From Macrostomum lignano (taxonomy: Eukaryota), in NCBI GenBank assembly GCA_002269645.1, contig NIVC01000230.1, forward strand, positions 620,001 to 684,000: a DNA stretch of 64,000 nt. The letters are read 5' to 3'. Positions 51,536 to 64,000 of this stretch are shown piece after piece. The position numbers and the translations under genes are program-made. How positions within the stretch are numbered: position 1 is the stretch's first letter; each line of letters opens with the position of its first letter. The notes below the pieces were generated by a model, which was given only the letters and a program-made list of their open reading frames with translations, was not told where the DNA came from and searched no databases.

Positions 51536-51927
51536 GTTTGCGCCTCCTAATTGATGCCAAATAGTTTCTATGCTAATGATGTAGGCTTTAATGTCCAGTT
51601 GCCTCACCGAGACATTTCTGTCGGGACCACAAATCCTTATGCCGTCAGCTATGTGAGCAAAAGTCAAGATTGTAGAATTTTTGTATATCTACACTCACAG
51701 ATCCATGGAACTCATCCGCATACATAGCACTCGACACGTATTCCCCACCATCAAGTGAGTACATTCTAGCTTGTGTGGTGTGTGCTGATCGCGCGGCTTT
51801 TACACATTTTTAAAAACTTCAAAACTAATCAACCGGCTGAAATTAAAGATTTGTTAGCTTTCACTAATATAACTACATACACATCGATGAAAAGTCAAGT
51901 GAATCCGATGTCTAATCTAAAATGCAG

Positions 51928-52196
51928 GACCTGTGCAAAAATGTGCGCCTGACTTTCACCGGCAATCAGGCAATCTCCTGCAGCAAGTTGGCCGCCAATC
52001 AGGCTAGAACTATGCGCCTCCTGGAAACGGCAAAGCGACCGCCGCAGCCGCAGCCGCTGCCTCGCCGGGTTGGCGGTGAATCATCCAGACTGCGCGGCAG
52101 TGCGCGGTCTGCCGTTATGAGCGGACCTACAGCTCGGGGCCGTTCACGAGGCGGCGGCCGCTTGAGCAGTGGATATCCGCACTCTACAAGTCTGTC
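51928..52196 (+). CDS. Uncharacterised protein, internal exon
   Basis: Acceptor aatgcAG|GAC, phase 0. Donor TC|GTGAGT at 52196/52197, phase 2. Confidence 0.55.
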
Positions 52197-52768
52197 GTGA
52201 GTTGCAAGATTGCATTTAGCATTTTTCTAGTAATCTGAATGCAATGGCTTTCTCGGGGTTGGTCTCGATGCTCAAATAAAGAGAATACCCGTCTGTGACC
52301 ACTCTAGAAGAGTATAACACGCAAGCACTTCCATATGTAAGAACCGCTAGGTCAGTCGGCAGATCAACTGTGACAACTTGTTTGATGAATTTAAGATTTC
52401 TCTATCTCGAACTTAATTTGAGGACATTGATACACCCGGCAATCGTGAAGGACAGTTGATACCTTAACTGTACGACCTTTAGATGACAGATGCTCCTTGA
52501 CTGATAGAATTCCGTGGGGTTATTTTCAAATGTGCGGGTGGACATGCCAAAAACGTGACAACCTTATTACGCTAGAGGCATAAAATAAATGGCAATTAGC
52601 GAGTCTAAGAGCCGATTTTATCTGTGATGGCGCAGACATATTTTAATTGGCCTCTTAAGAACGGTTAAAAAGATGTCTGCATTTTTTCGGAAGTATTCAA
52701 TGCACACAACCTATTTTACATGAAGCATTCAATATTAAAATGTTATTTATTAAGTTACTAGCAGGCAG

Positions 52769-53486
52769 ACTCAGTGTCAATCATGAATGCGCGCATACTC
52801 AACAATTAATAAAAATTGGCAGTCGTCGGAATCGCACTGCTGGCAAGCAGAGCCAACCGAAGCACGAGCAGAGGAACCAGCAGCTGCACAGGCAGCAGCA
52901 GAGCATGTACACGAGCGACGTCAGTGTTGTGAAGGAACTGAACAGCAGCAGCGCGTCCGACTACGGCGACGGCGTCGTAAGTGGACCCGGCAGCGGTGTC
53001 GGCGGCAGCGGTAGGGCGAGAGACAGCAGCGACGGTCACGACTACTCAATGACTAGTCCCGGCTGCTCACCGTCGACAATCCGTCAATTGGAGCGCCGGC
53101 TGAGCGCTCTGGATCTACGCGGCGCCAATCCGCAAACGGCCGAGGCAGTTGCGTCGCTAAACTCTTGGGTCTGCGCCGGTGCCAGCCTGTTGCGGCATAT
53201 TTCCGCTGCGCGAGAGGCTGCGGCGCCGCGCCAACTGCAGCTGCAGAAGCAGCAGCGGGAGCAGCAGATTCGCCAGCTTAACGCCGAGCTGGAGACTCGT
53301 CAGCGACTCGAGGACGGCTGGGACCCGGCTGAGATCAACGTTGGAAGGCTGATTCGAAGAAGACACCTGGATGCGCTCCTTAGCAACAGCGCTGGTGGCA
53401 GCGCCTCAGAAGATGCCGTTGCGGGCGGCGCTGATGGCGATGTTCAGTTTTATAATCGAGGCCAGGAGGACGACTTATTTGAGTAG
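52769..53486 (+). CDS. Uncharacterised protein, terminal exon (S/G-rich with a Q-rich coiled coil)
   Basis: Long GC-rich ORF. A phase-2 AG at 52767-52768 fits the upstream donor, though it is one of three tandem AGs. No recognisable domain. Confidence 0.6.
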
Positions 53487-54229
53487 TAAACCAAGGCGTC
53501 GACCTTTTTTGTTTCCATTGTTTGTTGGGGGTATCAGAATTTCAGAATCAGATACATGTATGAAGCAGCATTACCTACAGTATTCAATTAGAAGCCGATT
53601 AAAATGCAATGCGTTGGATTTTTAGAGGGCGTGCTGAGCTAAGTATACGCAATTGCAAATGTAAGTCAATAATATTTGACGGAGCTGACGTGTGGATGTT
53701 TGTATAGTTTGAGCTAAACAAATTAAAGATAAGTGGAGTACTAACAAAGAGGGTTTAGACAAACCCGACCCTGTAGCTCAGCTCCCAGATATTGTAGCAA
53801 GCAAGCCTCGTGCACATGTAAGCTATTTTTTAGGCTGTAGTGTACGTTCCTTTAGGCAATGTTCCCTTTTATTTGTATTCTCAGCGGGTGTACGTTTCTT
53901 TACATATGTAACTTGGAGCCTGTAAAAGCAAATATGAAATAAAATTTGCATGGTTGTTTGCTTTTTGAAACCGAAGCTGCAGTATGAGTTTTTTCTACAG
54001 AAGGACTTCTTTCGTGTCTCTCTTTAGAGAAGAATTTCTACTAGAAGATGCAATTTGCGTAAGTACTTTTGTGCTAGAATACAGCACGTGACGTGATTTA
54101 ACTTTATATGTAATGCTAGTAGAAAGTAGCAACAAAATATACATGTACATGTGCTATACATGAACAGCTGCAATTACGAGCGCGAATCTCGATACTTTTT
54201 ATAGATTCGCAAAAATAGCTGGATTAAAT

Positions 54230-56333
54230 CTAGTGCGGCCCCCCTTCGGGGCGCCCAATAAGAAAGGAGCAAAAATAGTTCATGGAAAACAATAAAAAAA
54301 CACATTTTCTTAAACACTAATTCCTTCTTCACATTTTAAAAATCACCTTATTCGTGTAAAATTGTCACGGACTAAGATGTTTGCAAAATTAAAAAATCAC
54401 TTTTTCTCTAAAATTAACAAACAGTCAACAAAATATCGTTTCACTAAATAGAAAATATTCCCAAGACAGCAAGCAACCCCCTCCAAAAGTGAACAATCGC
54501 AGATAGCAAGCATCCTCTAATGCTCATAGCAAGAATCACCACAGATAGCAAGCACCCCCCAGATATTATAGAAGCATCCTGCAGATAGCAAGCACCCCCC
54601 AGATATTATAGAAGCATCCACCCAGATAGCAAGCATCCTGCAGATAGCAAGAATCCCTAAATAGCAAGCATCCCTGGATTGAAAGAATCCCATGCATGTA
54701 GCCAGCACCCCCTCTCCCAAATAGCAAGTATCCCCCCTCGAGAGCAAGCATCCACGAGACAGCAAGTAGCTAGTGCAAATGTTACTTCCGCTATGCAATA
54801 TTCGCTTTCTCAGGTTGTGCAATAATCTCTTTTTTAGACAGCGCAGTAATCAGCTTCTCGGCTAGTGCAATAATCCTTGGTTTATTAATAGCAATAATCC
54901 TTGATTAATCAAGTGCAATAATCCTTGGTTTATCAAGTGCAATAATCCTTGGTTTATCAAGTGAAATAATCCTTGGTTTATCAAGTGCAATAATCCTTGG
55001 TTTATCAAGTGCAATAATCCTTGGTTTATCAAGTGCAATAATCCTTGGTTTATCAAGTGCAATAATCCTTGGTTTATCAAGCGCAGTAATCTTTGGCCTA
55101 TCAAGTGCAATAATCCTTGGTTTATCAAGTGCAGTGATCCTTGGCCTATAAAGTGCAATAATCCTTGGTTTATCAAGTGCAATAATCCTTGGTTTATTAA
55201 GTGCAATAATCCTTGGTTTATCAAGTGCAATAATCATTGGTTTATCTAGCGCAGTAATCCTTGGCTTATCAAGTGCAATAATCCTTGGTTTATCAAGTGC
55301 AGTAATCCTTGGCCTATCAAGTGCAATAATCCTTGGTTTATCAAGTGAAATAATCCTTGGTTTATCAAGTGCAATAATCCTTGGCTTCTTGAGTGCAGTA
55401 ATCCTTGGTTTTCCAAGTGCAATAATCCTTGGCTTCTTGAGTGCAGTAATCCTTGGTTTGCCAAGAGCAATAGTCTTTGGTTTATTGAGTGCAGTAATCC
55501 TTGGTTTTCCAAGTGCAGTAATCCTTGGTTTATTAATAGCAATAATCCTTGGCTTCTTGAGTGCAGTAATCCTTGGTTTGCCAAGAGCAATAGTCCTTGG
55601 TTTATCGAGTGCAGTAGTCCTTGGTTTATTAATAGCAATAATCCTTGGCTTATCGAGTGCAGTAATCTAAGTGTTTTTATTTAGTCCTTTAATAAAACCT
55701 TTTAATAAAAAATTTTAAACTACTTAGATTCGAACCTAGGTCGCTGCATTAGCAGTCTGGTCTGTTCAGCTCTAGGCTAGCTCTCATCAAAGTTATCAGT
55801 GATGTTGTACCACTTATATAATTCAACACTCACACCAAGTCAGGTAGAGTAAAAAGTCTCACGAAGCAGTTATGACATAATCAATTTCTTGGCAAGTCAG
55901 TACCAGTGTCTATGAAAGTTTACAATATGGTTACGTAATATAAATTCAGTACTGCGCTATGCTTTCACACTCAAAGCTGTGACGCAATTCAATTGAGTGT
56001 CAAATTCAGCCAGTACACAGACGATAAATAAAGTGTATTGTGATGCAATCTATTTCAGAATCAGAATTCAACCAGTCAGTTTTTCTGCTAGCATTCTTAC
56101 AATGCATTTCAAGTCGAAAGAGCTGCTTGACCTTTGAAAAAAAGCATGTTTTTCGAATATTTAATCCCTTTAGCATCGAGCAATTTCTTGGCCACGATGC
56201 ATGTACCGTCACGGAAAAAATTCTGATCGAATGGTGCAAGTTCGAAGAAAATCGGTTCAGCCGTTTTTGCTAAAATCGATCACACACACACACACGCACG
56301 CACACACAAACAGACCATTTTTAGTATATTAGA
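54230..56333 (-). mobile_element. Non-autonomous Helitron-like element 1
   Basis: On the minus strand: 5' TC at 56333-56332, the conserved AAAATCGGTTCAGCCG motif plus (CA)n near that end, and a 3' GC hairpin (GCCCCC-TTCG-GGGC) next to CTAG at 54230-54233. The base after CTAG is not the canonical T. Confidence 0.6.
54862..55666. repeat. 24-bp minisatellite (CAAGTGCAATAATCCTTGGTTTAT) inside Helitron 1
   Basis: Tandem units. The spurious ORFs show an 8-aa period. Confidence 0.93.
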
Positions 56334-59300
56334 CTAGCAATTTAAGCCCCCCGTTGGGGGGCGCAAAAATGACGCCAAGTGGTTTTTATTTTGGCCAATG
56401 AGTAATAACCTTACTTATTATTCAAAATCCAATCAAAACTTACTTTTTCAAATTTTTGGCAAAAATAAATTGCCATGAATCAAAACCTTCACCAGCCAAA
56501 GTTTCCTTCATCAGCCCAAAACCCTTTCTCATTCAGCAAATAGTACTTATCCTTTCAAGCACAAACTCTTAGGGCATATCGTCATTGGCCTGGGCATATT
56601 CTGGTCCGCAGCAGGAGCTCAATATGCCATAAGCCTTGATAACATCTCAATAATTTCCCCAGTAAGCCTTGACATCTCAGCAATTCCTCTCAGTAAGCCT
56701 TGACAATTCAGCAATTCCCCCAGTAAACCTTGACAATTCAGCAATTCCCCCAGTAAGCCTTGACAACTCAGCAATTCCCCCCAGTAAGCCTTGAAATCTC
56801 AGTAACTCCCCAGTAAGTCTCGAATCTCAGTTATTCTTCCAGTAAGTCTTGAAGTCTAAGCAATTTCCCCAGTAAGCCTTGACATATCCAAGAAAGCCTT
56901 GAAGTCTCAGTAATTCCCCAGTAAGTCTCGAATCTCAGTAATTCCTCCAGTAAGTCTTGACTTCTCACAATTCCCCCAGTAGGCCTTGACAACTCAGCAA
57001 TTCCCCCAGTAAACCTTGAAATCTCAGAAATTCCCCCAGTAAGCCTTGAAGTCTCAGCAATTCCCCCAGTAAGCCTTGACAACTCAGCAATTCCCCCAGT
57101 AAACCTTGAAATCTCAGAAATTCCCCAAGTAAGCCTTCACATCTCAGCAATTCCCCCAGTAAGCCTTGAAAACTCAGCAATTCCCCCAGTAAACCTTGAA
57201 ATCTCAGAAATTCCCCCAGTAAGCCTTGAAGTCTCAGCAATTCCCCCAGTAAGCCTTGAAGTCTCAGCAATTCCCCCAGTAGGCCTTGACAACTCAGCAA
57301 TTCCCCCAGTAGGCCTTGACAACTCAGCAATTCATCCAAGAAAGCCTTGAAATCTCAGCAATTTCCTGAGTAAGCCTTGAAATCTCAGAAATTCCCCCAG
57401 TAAGCCTTGAAGTCTCAGAAATTTCCCCAGTAAGCCTTGACAACTCAGCAATTCCCCCCAGTAAGCCTTGAAATCTCAGTAATTCCCCAGTAAGTCTCGA
57501 ATCTCAGTAATTCCTACAGTAAGTCTTGACTTCTCACAATTCCCCCAGTAGGCCTTGACAACTCAGCAATTCCCCCAGTAAACCTTGAAATCTCAGTAAC
57601 TCCCCAGTAAGTCTCGAATCTCAGTTATTCTTCCAGTAAGTCTTGAAGTCTAAGCAATTTCCCCAGTAAGCCTTGACATATCAGCAATTCATCCAAGAAA
57701 GCCTTGAAATCTCAGCAATTCCCCCCAGTAAGCCTTGAAGTCTCAGTAATTCCCCAGTAAGTCTCGAATCTCAGTAATTCCTCCAGTAAGTCTTGACTTC
57801 TCACAATTCCCCCAGTAGGCCTTGACAACTCAGCAATTCCCCCAGTAAACCTTGAAATCTCAGAAATTCCCCCAGTAAGCCTTGAAGTCTCAGCAATTCC
57901 CCCAGTAAGCCTTGACAACTCAGCAATTCCCCCAGTAAACCTTGAAATCTCAGAAATTCCCCAAGTAAGCCTTCACATCTCAGCAATTCCCCCAGTAAGC
58001 CTTGAAAACTCAGCAATTCCCCCAGTAAACCTTGAAATCTCAGAAATTCCCCCAGTAAGCCTTGAAGTCTCAGCAATTCCCCCAGTAAGCCTTGAAGTCT
58101 CAGCAATTCCCCCAGTAGGCCTTGACAACTCAGCAATTCCCCCAGTAGGCCTTGACAACTCAGCAATTCATCCAAGAAAGCCTTGAAATCTCAGCAATTT
58201 CCTGAGTAAGCCTTGAAGTCTCAGAAATTCCCCCAGTAAGCCTTGAAGTCTCAGAAATTCCCCCAGTAAGCCTTGAAGTCTCAGCAATTCCCCCAGTAAG
58301 CCTTGACAACTCAGCAATTCCCCCCAGTAAGCCTTGAAATCTCAGTAATTCCCCAGTAAGTCTCGAATCTCAGTAATTCCTACAGTAAGTCTTGACTTCT
58401 CACAATTCCCCCAGTAGGCCTTGACAACTCAGCAATTCCCCCAGTAAACCTTGAAATCTCAGCAATTCCCCCAGTTAGCCTTGACATCTCAGCAATTCCT
58501 CCCAGTAAGCCTTGACATCTCAGCAATTCCTCCCAGTAAGCCTTGACATTTCAGCAATTCCCCCAGTAAGCCTTGACATCTCAGAAATTCCCCCAGTAAG
58601 CCTTGAAGTCTCAGCAATTCCCCCAGTAAGCCTTGACAACTTAGCAATTCCTCCCAGTAAGCCTTGACATCTCAGCAATTCCCCCAGTAAACCTTGACAA
58701 TTCAGCAATTCCCCCAGTACGCCTTGAAATCTCAGTAATTCCCCAGTAAGTCTCGACTTCTCACAATTCCCCCAGTAGGCCTTGACAACTCAGCAATTCC
58801 CCCAAGTAAGCCTTCACATCTCAGTAATTCCCTCAGTAAGCCTTGACATCTCAGTAATTCCCCCAGTTAGCCTTGACATCTCAGCAATTCCTCCCAGTAA
58901 GCCTTGACATCTCAGCAATTCCTCCCAGTAAGCCTTGACATTTCAGCAATTCCCCCAGTAAGCCTTGACATCTCAGAAATTCCCCCAGTAAGCCTTGAAG
59001 TCTCAGCAATTCCCCCAGTAAGCCTTGACAACTTAGCAATTCCTCCCAGTAAGCCTTGACATCTCAGCAATTCCCCCAGTAAACCTTGACAATTCAGCAA
59101 TTCCCCCCAGTACGCCTTGAAATCTCAGTAATTCCCCAGTAAGTCTCGACTTCTCACAATTCCCCCAGTAGGCCTTGACAACTCAGCAATTCCCCCAAGT
59201 AAGCCTTCACATCTCAGTAATTCCCTCAGTAAGCCTTGACATCTCAGTAATTCCCCCAGTTAGCCTTGACATCTCAGCAATTCCTCCCAGTAAGCCTTGA

Positions 59301-61387
59301 CATCTCAGCAATTCCTCCCAGTAAGCCTTGACATTTCAGCAATTCCCCCAGTAAGCCTTGACATCTCAGTAATTCCCCCATTAAGCCTTGAAAACTTAGC
59401 AATTCCACCCAGTAAGCCTTGAAATCTCAGTAATTCCTCCAGTAAGTCTTGACTTCTCACAATTCCCCCAGTAGGCCTTGACAACTCAGCAATTCCCCCA
59501 AGTAAGCCTTCACATCTCAGAAATTCCCCCAGTAAGCCTTGAAGTCTCAGCAATTCCTCCAGTAAGCCTTGACAACTCAGCAATTCCTCCCAGTAAGCCT
59601 TGACATCTCAGCAATTCCCCCCAGCAAGCCTTGAAATCTCAGCAATTCCCCCAGTAAGCCTTGACATCTCAGTAATTCCTCCAGTAAGTCTTGACTTCTC
59701 ACAATTACCCCAGTAGGCCTTGGCAACTCAGCAATTCCCCCAAGCAAGCCTTGACATCTCAGTAATTCCCCCAGTAAGCCTTGACATCTCAGTAATTCCC
59801 CCAGTAAGCCTTGACATCTCAGCAATTCCTCCCAGTAAGCCTTGACATCTCAGCAATTTCCCCCAGTAAGCCTTGAAATCTCAGTAATTCCCCGAGTAAG
59901 CCTTGAAATCTCAGAAATTCCCCCAGTAAGCCTTGAAGTCGCAGCAATTCCCCCAGTAAGCCTTGACAACTCAACAATTCCCCCAGTTGCCATGAATCAA
60001 AACCTTCACCAGCCAAAGTTTCCTTCATCAGCCCAAAAGCCTTTCTCATTCAGCAAATAGTACTTATCCTTTCAAGCACAAACTCTTAGGGCATATCGTC
60101 ATTGGCCTGGGCATATTCTGGTCCGCAGCAGGAGCTCAATATGCCATAAGCCTTGATGACATCTCAGCAATTTCCCCAGTAAGCCTTGACATCGCAGCAA
60201 CGCGAAGTCGAGCCTTGGCATCTACGCAATTCTCCCAGCCCAGTAAGCCTTGACATCTCAGAAATTTCCCCAGTAAGCCTCGACATCGCAGCAATTACCC
60301 CATTAAGCCTTGACATCTCAGAAATCCCCCCAGTAAACCTTGACATCGCAGCAATTAAACTCGAGCCATGGCACCTACGCAATTCTCCCAGTCCAGTAAG
60401 CCTCGAGATTGCAGCAATTACCCCAGTAAGCCTTGACATCTCAACAATTCCCCCAGTAAGCCAGAAAAATTTGCTGCTTCAATGCAGACTCCAATTGCCG
60501 ACCATCTGCTTAGCCTATGCCTGTTATTGCTTGTCTACAGTAATTCAGTAATTCTTGTAGCTTGTAGCTTCTCTTCTAATCCCGCAAAACAGAATGCAGT
60601 CATACTATTAACAGCCTGCAGATATCCACTTTGCCGTCTACAACTTTCATTAACATCAGCAAACTACAATAATTCACTCAGTAGAATACAGTTATCCCCT
60701 CAATAAACTTGCAATTAATCATTCACAGTTATTATCCACAAACTCTGTAGATAGTTATCCCATCGGCAGTTTGCAGCTATACACTCATAAGTCTGGAGGA
60801 ACTACCTCAGCAGTTTTTCGTTTTTCAACTTTGCAATCTTTTGCACAACACAGCTTTTAGCAATACTTTCAGCAGTTTAGCAACATTGTCTGCATTTTAG
60901 CGATTTCTTAGACCTAGGCAATAACAATTGATGGGATAACTGATAGTCGGAGCTAATTATTACTAATTAATAAAAAATAGTTGCTTTTAATCAAAAAATG
61001 TTCGATTAGTCCAGGCACAAGCTAAAAATAAATGAAAATTAATTTAATATATTTTTATCTCCCACGTGCATACTCTGAAGCTTGCGAATAATTTAATTAT
61101 TTATAGCTCGTAGCATCAGCTCAAGAAATTAAAGTTTAGTCTATGGCCATAGACGTATTATTATTTTTCGAGCTCTCACTGCGACAAAAATACACTAATT
61201 AGATAGGGAAAATACAGTTTTTTGAATATTTAAGACCTTTAGAAGTGAAGCAGATAAAAGAAATGTTAACCATACAATCCTTGGTTGAGTTGCAATTTTT
61301 TGGTGAAAACGCGATCGAAATTGGTCAAGAATTGCAATGTGTAGAGCGTTTTACACGGACATAGATTAGAGATTTAGTATATTTAGA
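56334..61387 (-). mobile_element. Non-autonomous Helitron-like element 2, carrying a 30-bp minisatellite
   Basis: CTAG at 56334-56337 next to hairpin GCCCCCC-GTT-GGGGGGC. 5' TC at 61387-61386 with an AT-rich TTTAGTATATTTAGA end like element 1. Confidence 0.7.
56630..59985. repeat. 30-bp minisatellite (CAGCAATTCCCCCAGTAAGCCTTGACATCT) with higher-order repeats
   Basis: 10-aa period in spurious ORFs. Identical ORFs recur at offsets of 836 bp (56965/57801) and 392 bp (58520/58912). Confidence 0.95.
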
Positions 61388-64000
61388 CTAGCAATTTAAG
61401 CCCCCCGTTGGGGGGCGCAAAAATGACGCCAAGTGGTTTTTATTTTGGCCAATGAGTAATAACCTTACTTATTATTCAAAATCCAATCAAAACTTACTTT
61501 TTCAAATTTTTGGCAAAAATAAATTGCCATGAATCAAAACCTTCACCAGCCAAAGTTTCCTTCATCAGCCCAAAACCCTTTCTCATTCAGCAAATAGTAC
61601 TTATCCTTTCAAGCACAAACTCTTAGCGCATATCGTCATTGGCCTGGGCATATTCTGGTCCGCAGCAGGAGCTCAATATGCCATAAGCCTTGATAACATC
61701 TCAATAATTTCCCTAGTAAGCCTTGACATCTCAGCAAATCCTCTCAGTAAGCCTTGACAATTCAGCAAATCCCCCCAGTAAACCTTGACAATTCAGCAAT
61801 TCCCCCAGTAAGCCTTGACATCTCAGCAATTCCTCTCAGTAAGCCTTGACAATTCAGCAATTCCCCCAGTAAACCTTGACAATTCAGCAATTCCCCCAGT
61901 AAGCCTTGACAACTCAGCAATTCCCCCCAGTAAGCCTTGAAATCTCAGTAACTCCCCAGTAAGTCTCGAATCTCAGTTATTCTTCCAGTAAGTCTTGAAG
62001 TCTAAGCAATTTCCCCAGTAAGCCTTGACATATCAGCAATTCATCCAAGAAAGCCTTGAAATCTCAGCAATTCCCCCAGTAAGCCTTGAAGTCTCAGTAA
62101 TTCCCCAGTAAGTCTCGAATCTCAGTAATTCCTCCAGTAAGTCTTGACTTCTCACAATTCCCCCAGTAGGCCTTGACAACTCAGCAATTCCCCCAGTAAA
62201 CCTTGAAATCTCAGAAATTCCCCCAGTAAGCCTTGAAGTCTCAGCAATTCCCCCAGTAAGCCTTGACAACTCAGCAATTCCCCCAGTAAACCTTGAAATC
62301 TCAGAAATTCCCCAAGTAAGCCTTCACATCTCAGCAATTCCCCCAGCAAGCCTTGAAAACTCAGCAATTCCCCCAGTAAACCTTGAAATCTCAGAAATTC
62401 CCCCAGTAAGCCTTGAAGTCTCAGCAATTCCCCCAGTAAGCCTTGAAGTCTCAGCAATTCCCCCAGTAGGCCTTGAAGTCTCAGCAATTCCCCCAGTAGG
62501 CCTTGACAACTCAGCAATTCCCCCAGTAGGCCTTGACAACTCAGCAATTCATCCAAGAAAGCCTTGAAATCTCAGCAATTTCCTGAGTAAGCCTTGAAAT
62601 CTCAGAAATTCCCCCAGTAAGCCTTGAAGTCTCAGAAATTTCCCCAGTAAGCCTCGAGATTGCAGCAATTCCCCCAGTAAGCCTTGACAACTCAGCAATT
62701 CCCCCCAGTAAGCCTTGAAATCTCAGTAATTCCCCAGTAAGTCTCGAATCTCAGTAATTCCTACAGTAAGTCTTGACTTCTCACAATTCCCCAAGTAAGC
62801 CTTCACATCTCAGCAATTCTCCCAGTAAGCCTTGAAAACTCAGCAATTCCCCCAGTAAACCTTGAAATTTCAGAAATTCCCCCAGTAAGCCTTGAAGTCT
62901 CAGCAATTCCCCCAGTAAGCCTTGAAGTCTCAGCAATTCCCCCAGTAGGCCTTGACAACTCAGCAATTCCCCCAGTAGGCCTTGACAACTCAGCAATTCA
63001 TCCAAGAAAGCCTTGAAATCTCAGCAATTTCCTGAGTAAGCCTTGAAATCTCAGAAATTCCCCCAGTAAGCCTTGAAGTCTCAGAAATTTCCCCAGTAAG
63101 CCTCGAGATTGCAGCAATTCCCCCAGTAAGCCTTGACAACTCAGCAATTCCCCCCAGTAAGCCTTGAAATCTCAGTAATTCCCCAGTAAGTCTCGAATCT
63201 CAGTAATTCCTACAGTAAGTCTTGACTTCTCACAATTCCCCCAGTAGGCCTTGACAACTCAGCAATTCCCCCAGTAAACCTTGAAATCTCAGAAATTCCC
63301 CCAGTAAACCTTGAAATCTCAGAAATTCCCCAAGTAAGCCTTCACATCTCAGCAATTCCCCCAGCAAGCCTTGAAAACTCAGCAATTCCCCCAGTAAACC
63401 TTGAAATCTCAGAAATTCCCCCAGTAAGCCTTGAAGTCTCAGCAATTCCCCCAGTAAGCCTTGAAGTCTCAGCAATTCCCCCAGTAGGCCTTGACAACTC
63501 AGCAATTCCCCCAGTAGGCCTTGACAACTCAGCAATTCATCCAAGAAAGCCTTGAAATCTCAGCAATTTCCTGAGTAAGCCTTGAAATCTCAGAAATTCC
63601 CCCAGTAAGCCTTGAAGTCTCAGAAATTTCCCCAGTAAGCCTCGAGATTGCAGCAATTCCCCCAGTAAGCCTTGACAACTCAGCAATTCCCCCCAGTAAG
63701 CCTTGAAATCTCAGTAATTCCCCAGTAAGTCTCGAATCTCAGTAATTCCTACAGTAAGTCTTGACTTCTCACAATTCCCCAAGTAAGCCTTCACATCTCA
63801 GCAATTCTCCCAGTAAGCCTTGAAAACTCAGCAATTCCCCCAGTAAACCTTGAAATTTCAGAAATTCCCCCAGTAAGCCTTGAAGTCTCAGCAATTCCCC
63901 CAGTAAGCCTTGAAGTCTCAGCAATTCCCCCAGTAGGCCTTGACAACTCAGCAATTCCCCCAGTAGGCCTTGACAACTCAGCAATTCATCCAAGAAAGCC
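61388..64000 (-). mobile_element. Helitron-like element 3 (continues past the window), with a 30-bp minisatellite from ~61685
   Basis: The first ~300 nt from 61388 are near-identical to 56334 onward (CTAG, hairpin, unique body). The array has a 988-bp higher-order period (62781/63769). Confidence 0.72.

Noticed and set aside
54862-64000. Many Leu-rich QGLL ORFs resembling LRR proteins
   Set aside because: They are translations of 24- and 30-bp minisatellites. They are open in several frames, lack the LxxLxLxxN consensus and have no splice context.

Overview
Eukaryotic (animal) genomic DNA with spliceosomal introns, GC-rich exons and many repeats. The gene set and style fit a spiralian invertebrate, possibly the flatworm Macrostomum; this is an inference and is not verified. 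Main content: (1) Two tandem minus-strand Toll-like receptor paralogs at 1.6-11.4 kb. The complete copy has signal peptide, LRRs, an internal LRRCT/LRRNT cysteine cluster, more LRRs, LRRCT, TM and a divergent TIR. A second TIR coded by two downstream exons can be spliced on in frame, giving a predicted ~1365-aa two-TIR receptor. (2) A 7-EC protocadherin with a 1-nt frameshift at ~35040. (3) A TNFAIP8/TIPE-family gene. (4) An orphan MATH/TRAF-like exon. (5) A 4-exon GT32 (DXD) glycosyltransferase. (6) A 3-exon plus-strand gene of unknown function. (7) Mobile DNA: a DIRS-like gag relic, tRNA-derived SINEs, hAT-like, Mutator-like and EnSpm-like non-autonomous elements, and a head-to-tail array of minisatellite-loaded Helitron-like elements from ~54.2 kb to the window end. 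Exon boundaries were read by hand from GT/AG sites with phase checks. No database searches were run.
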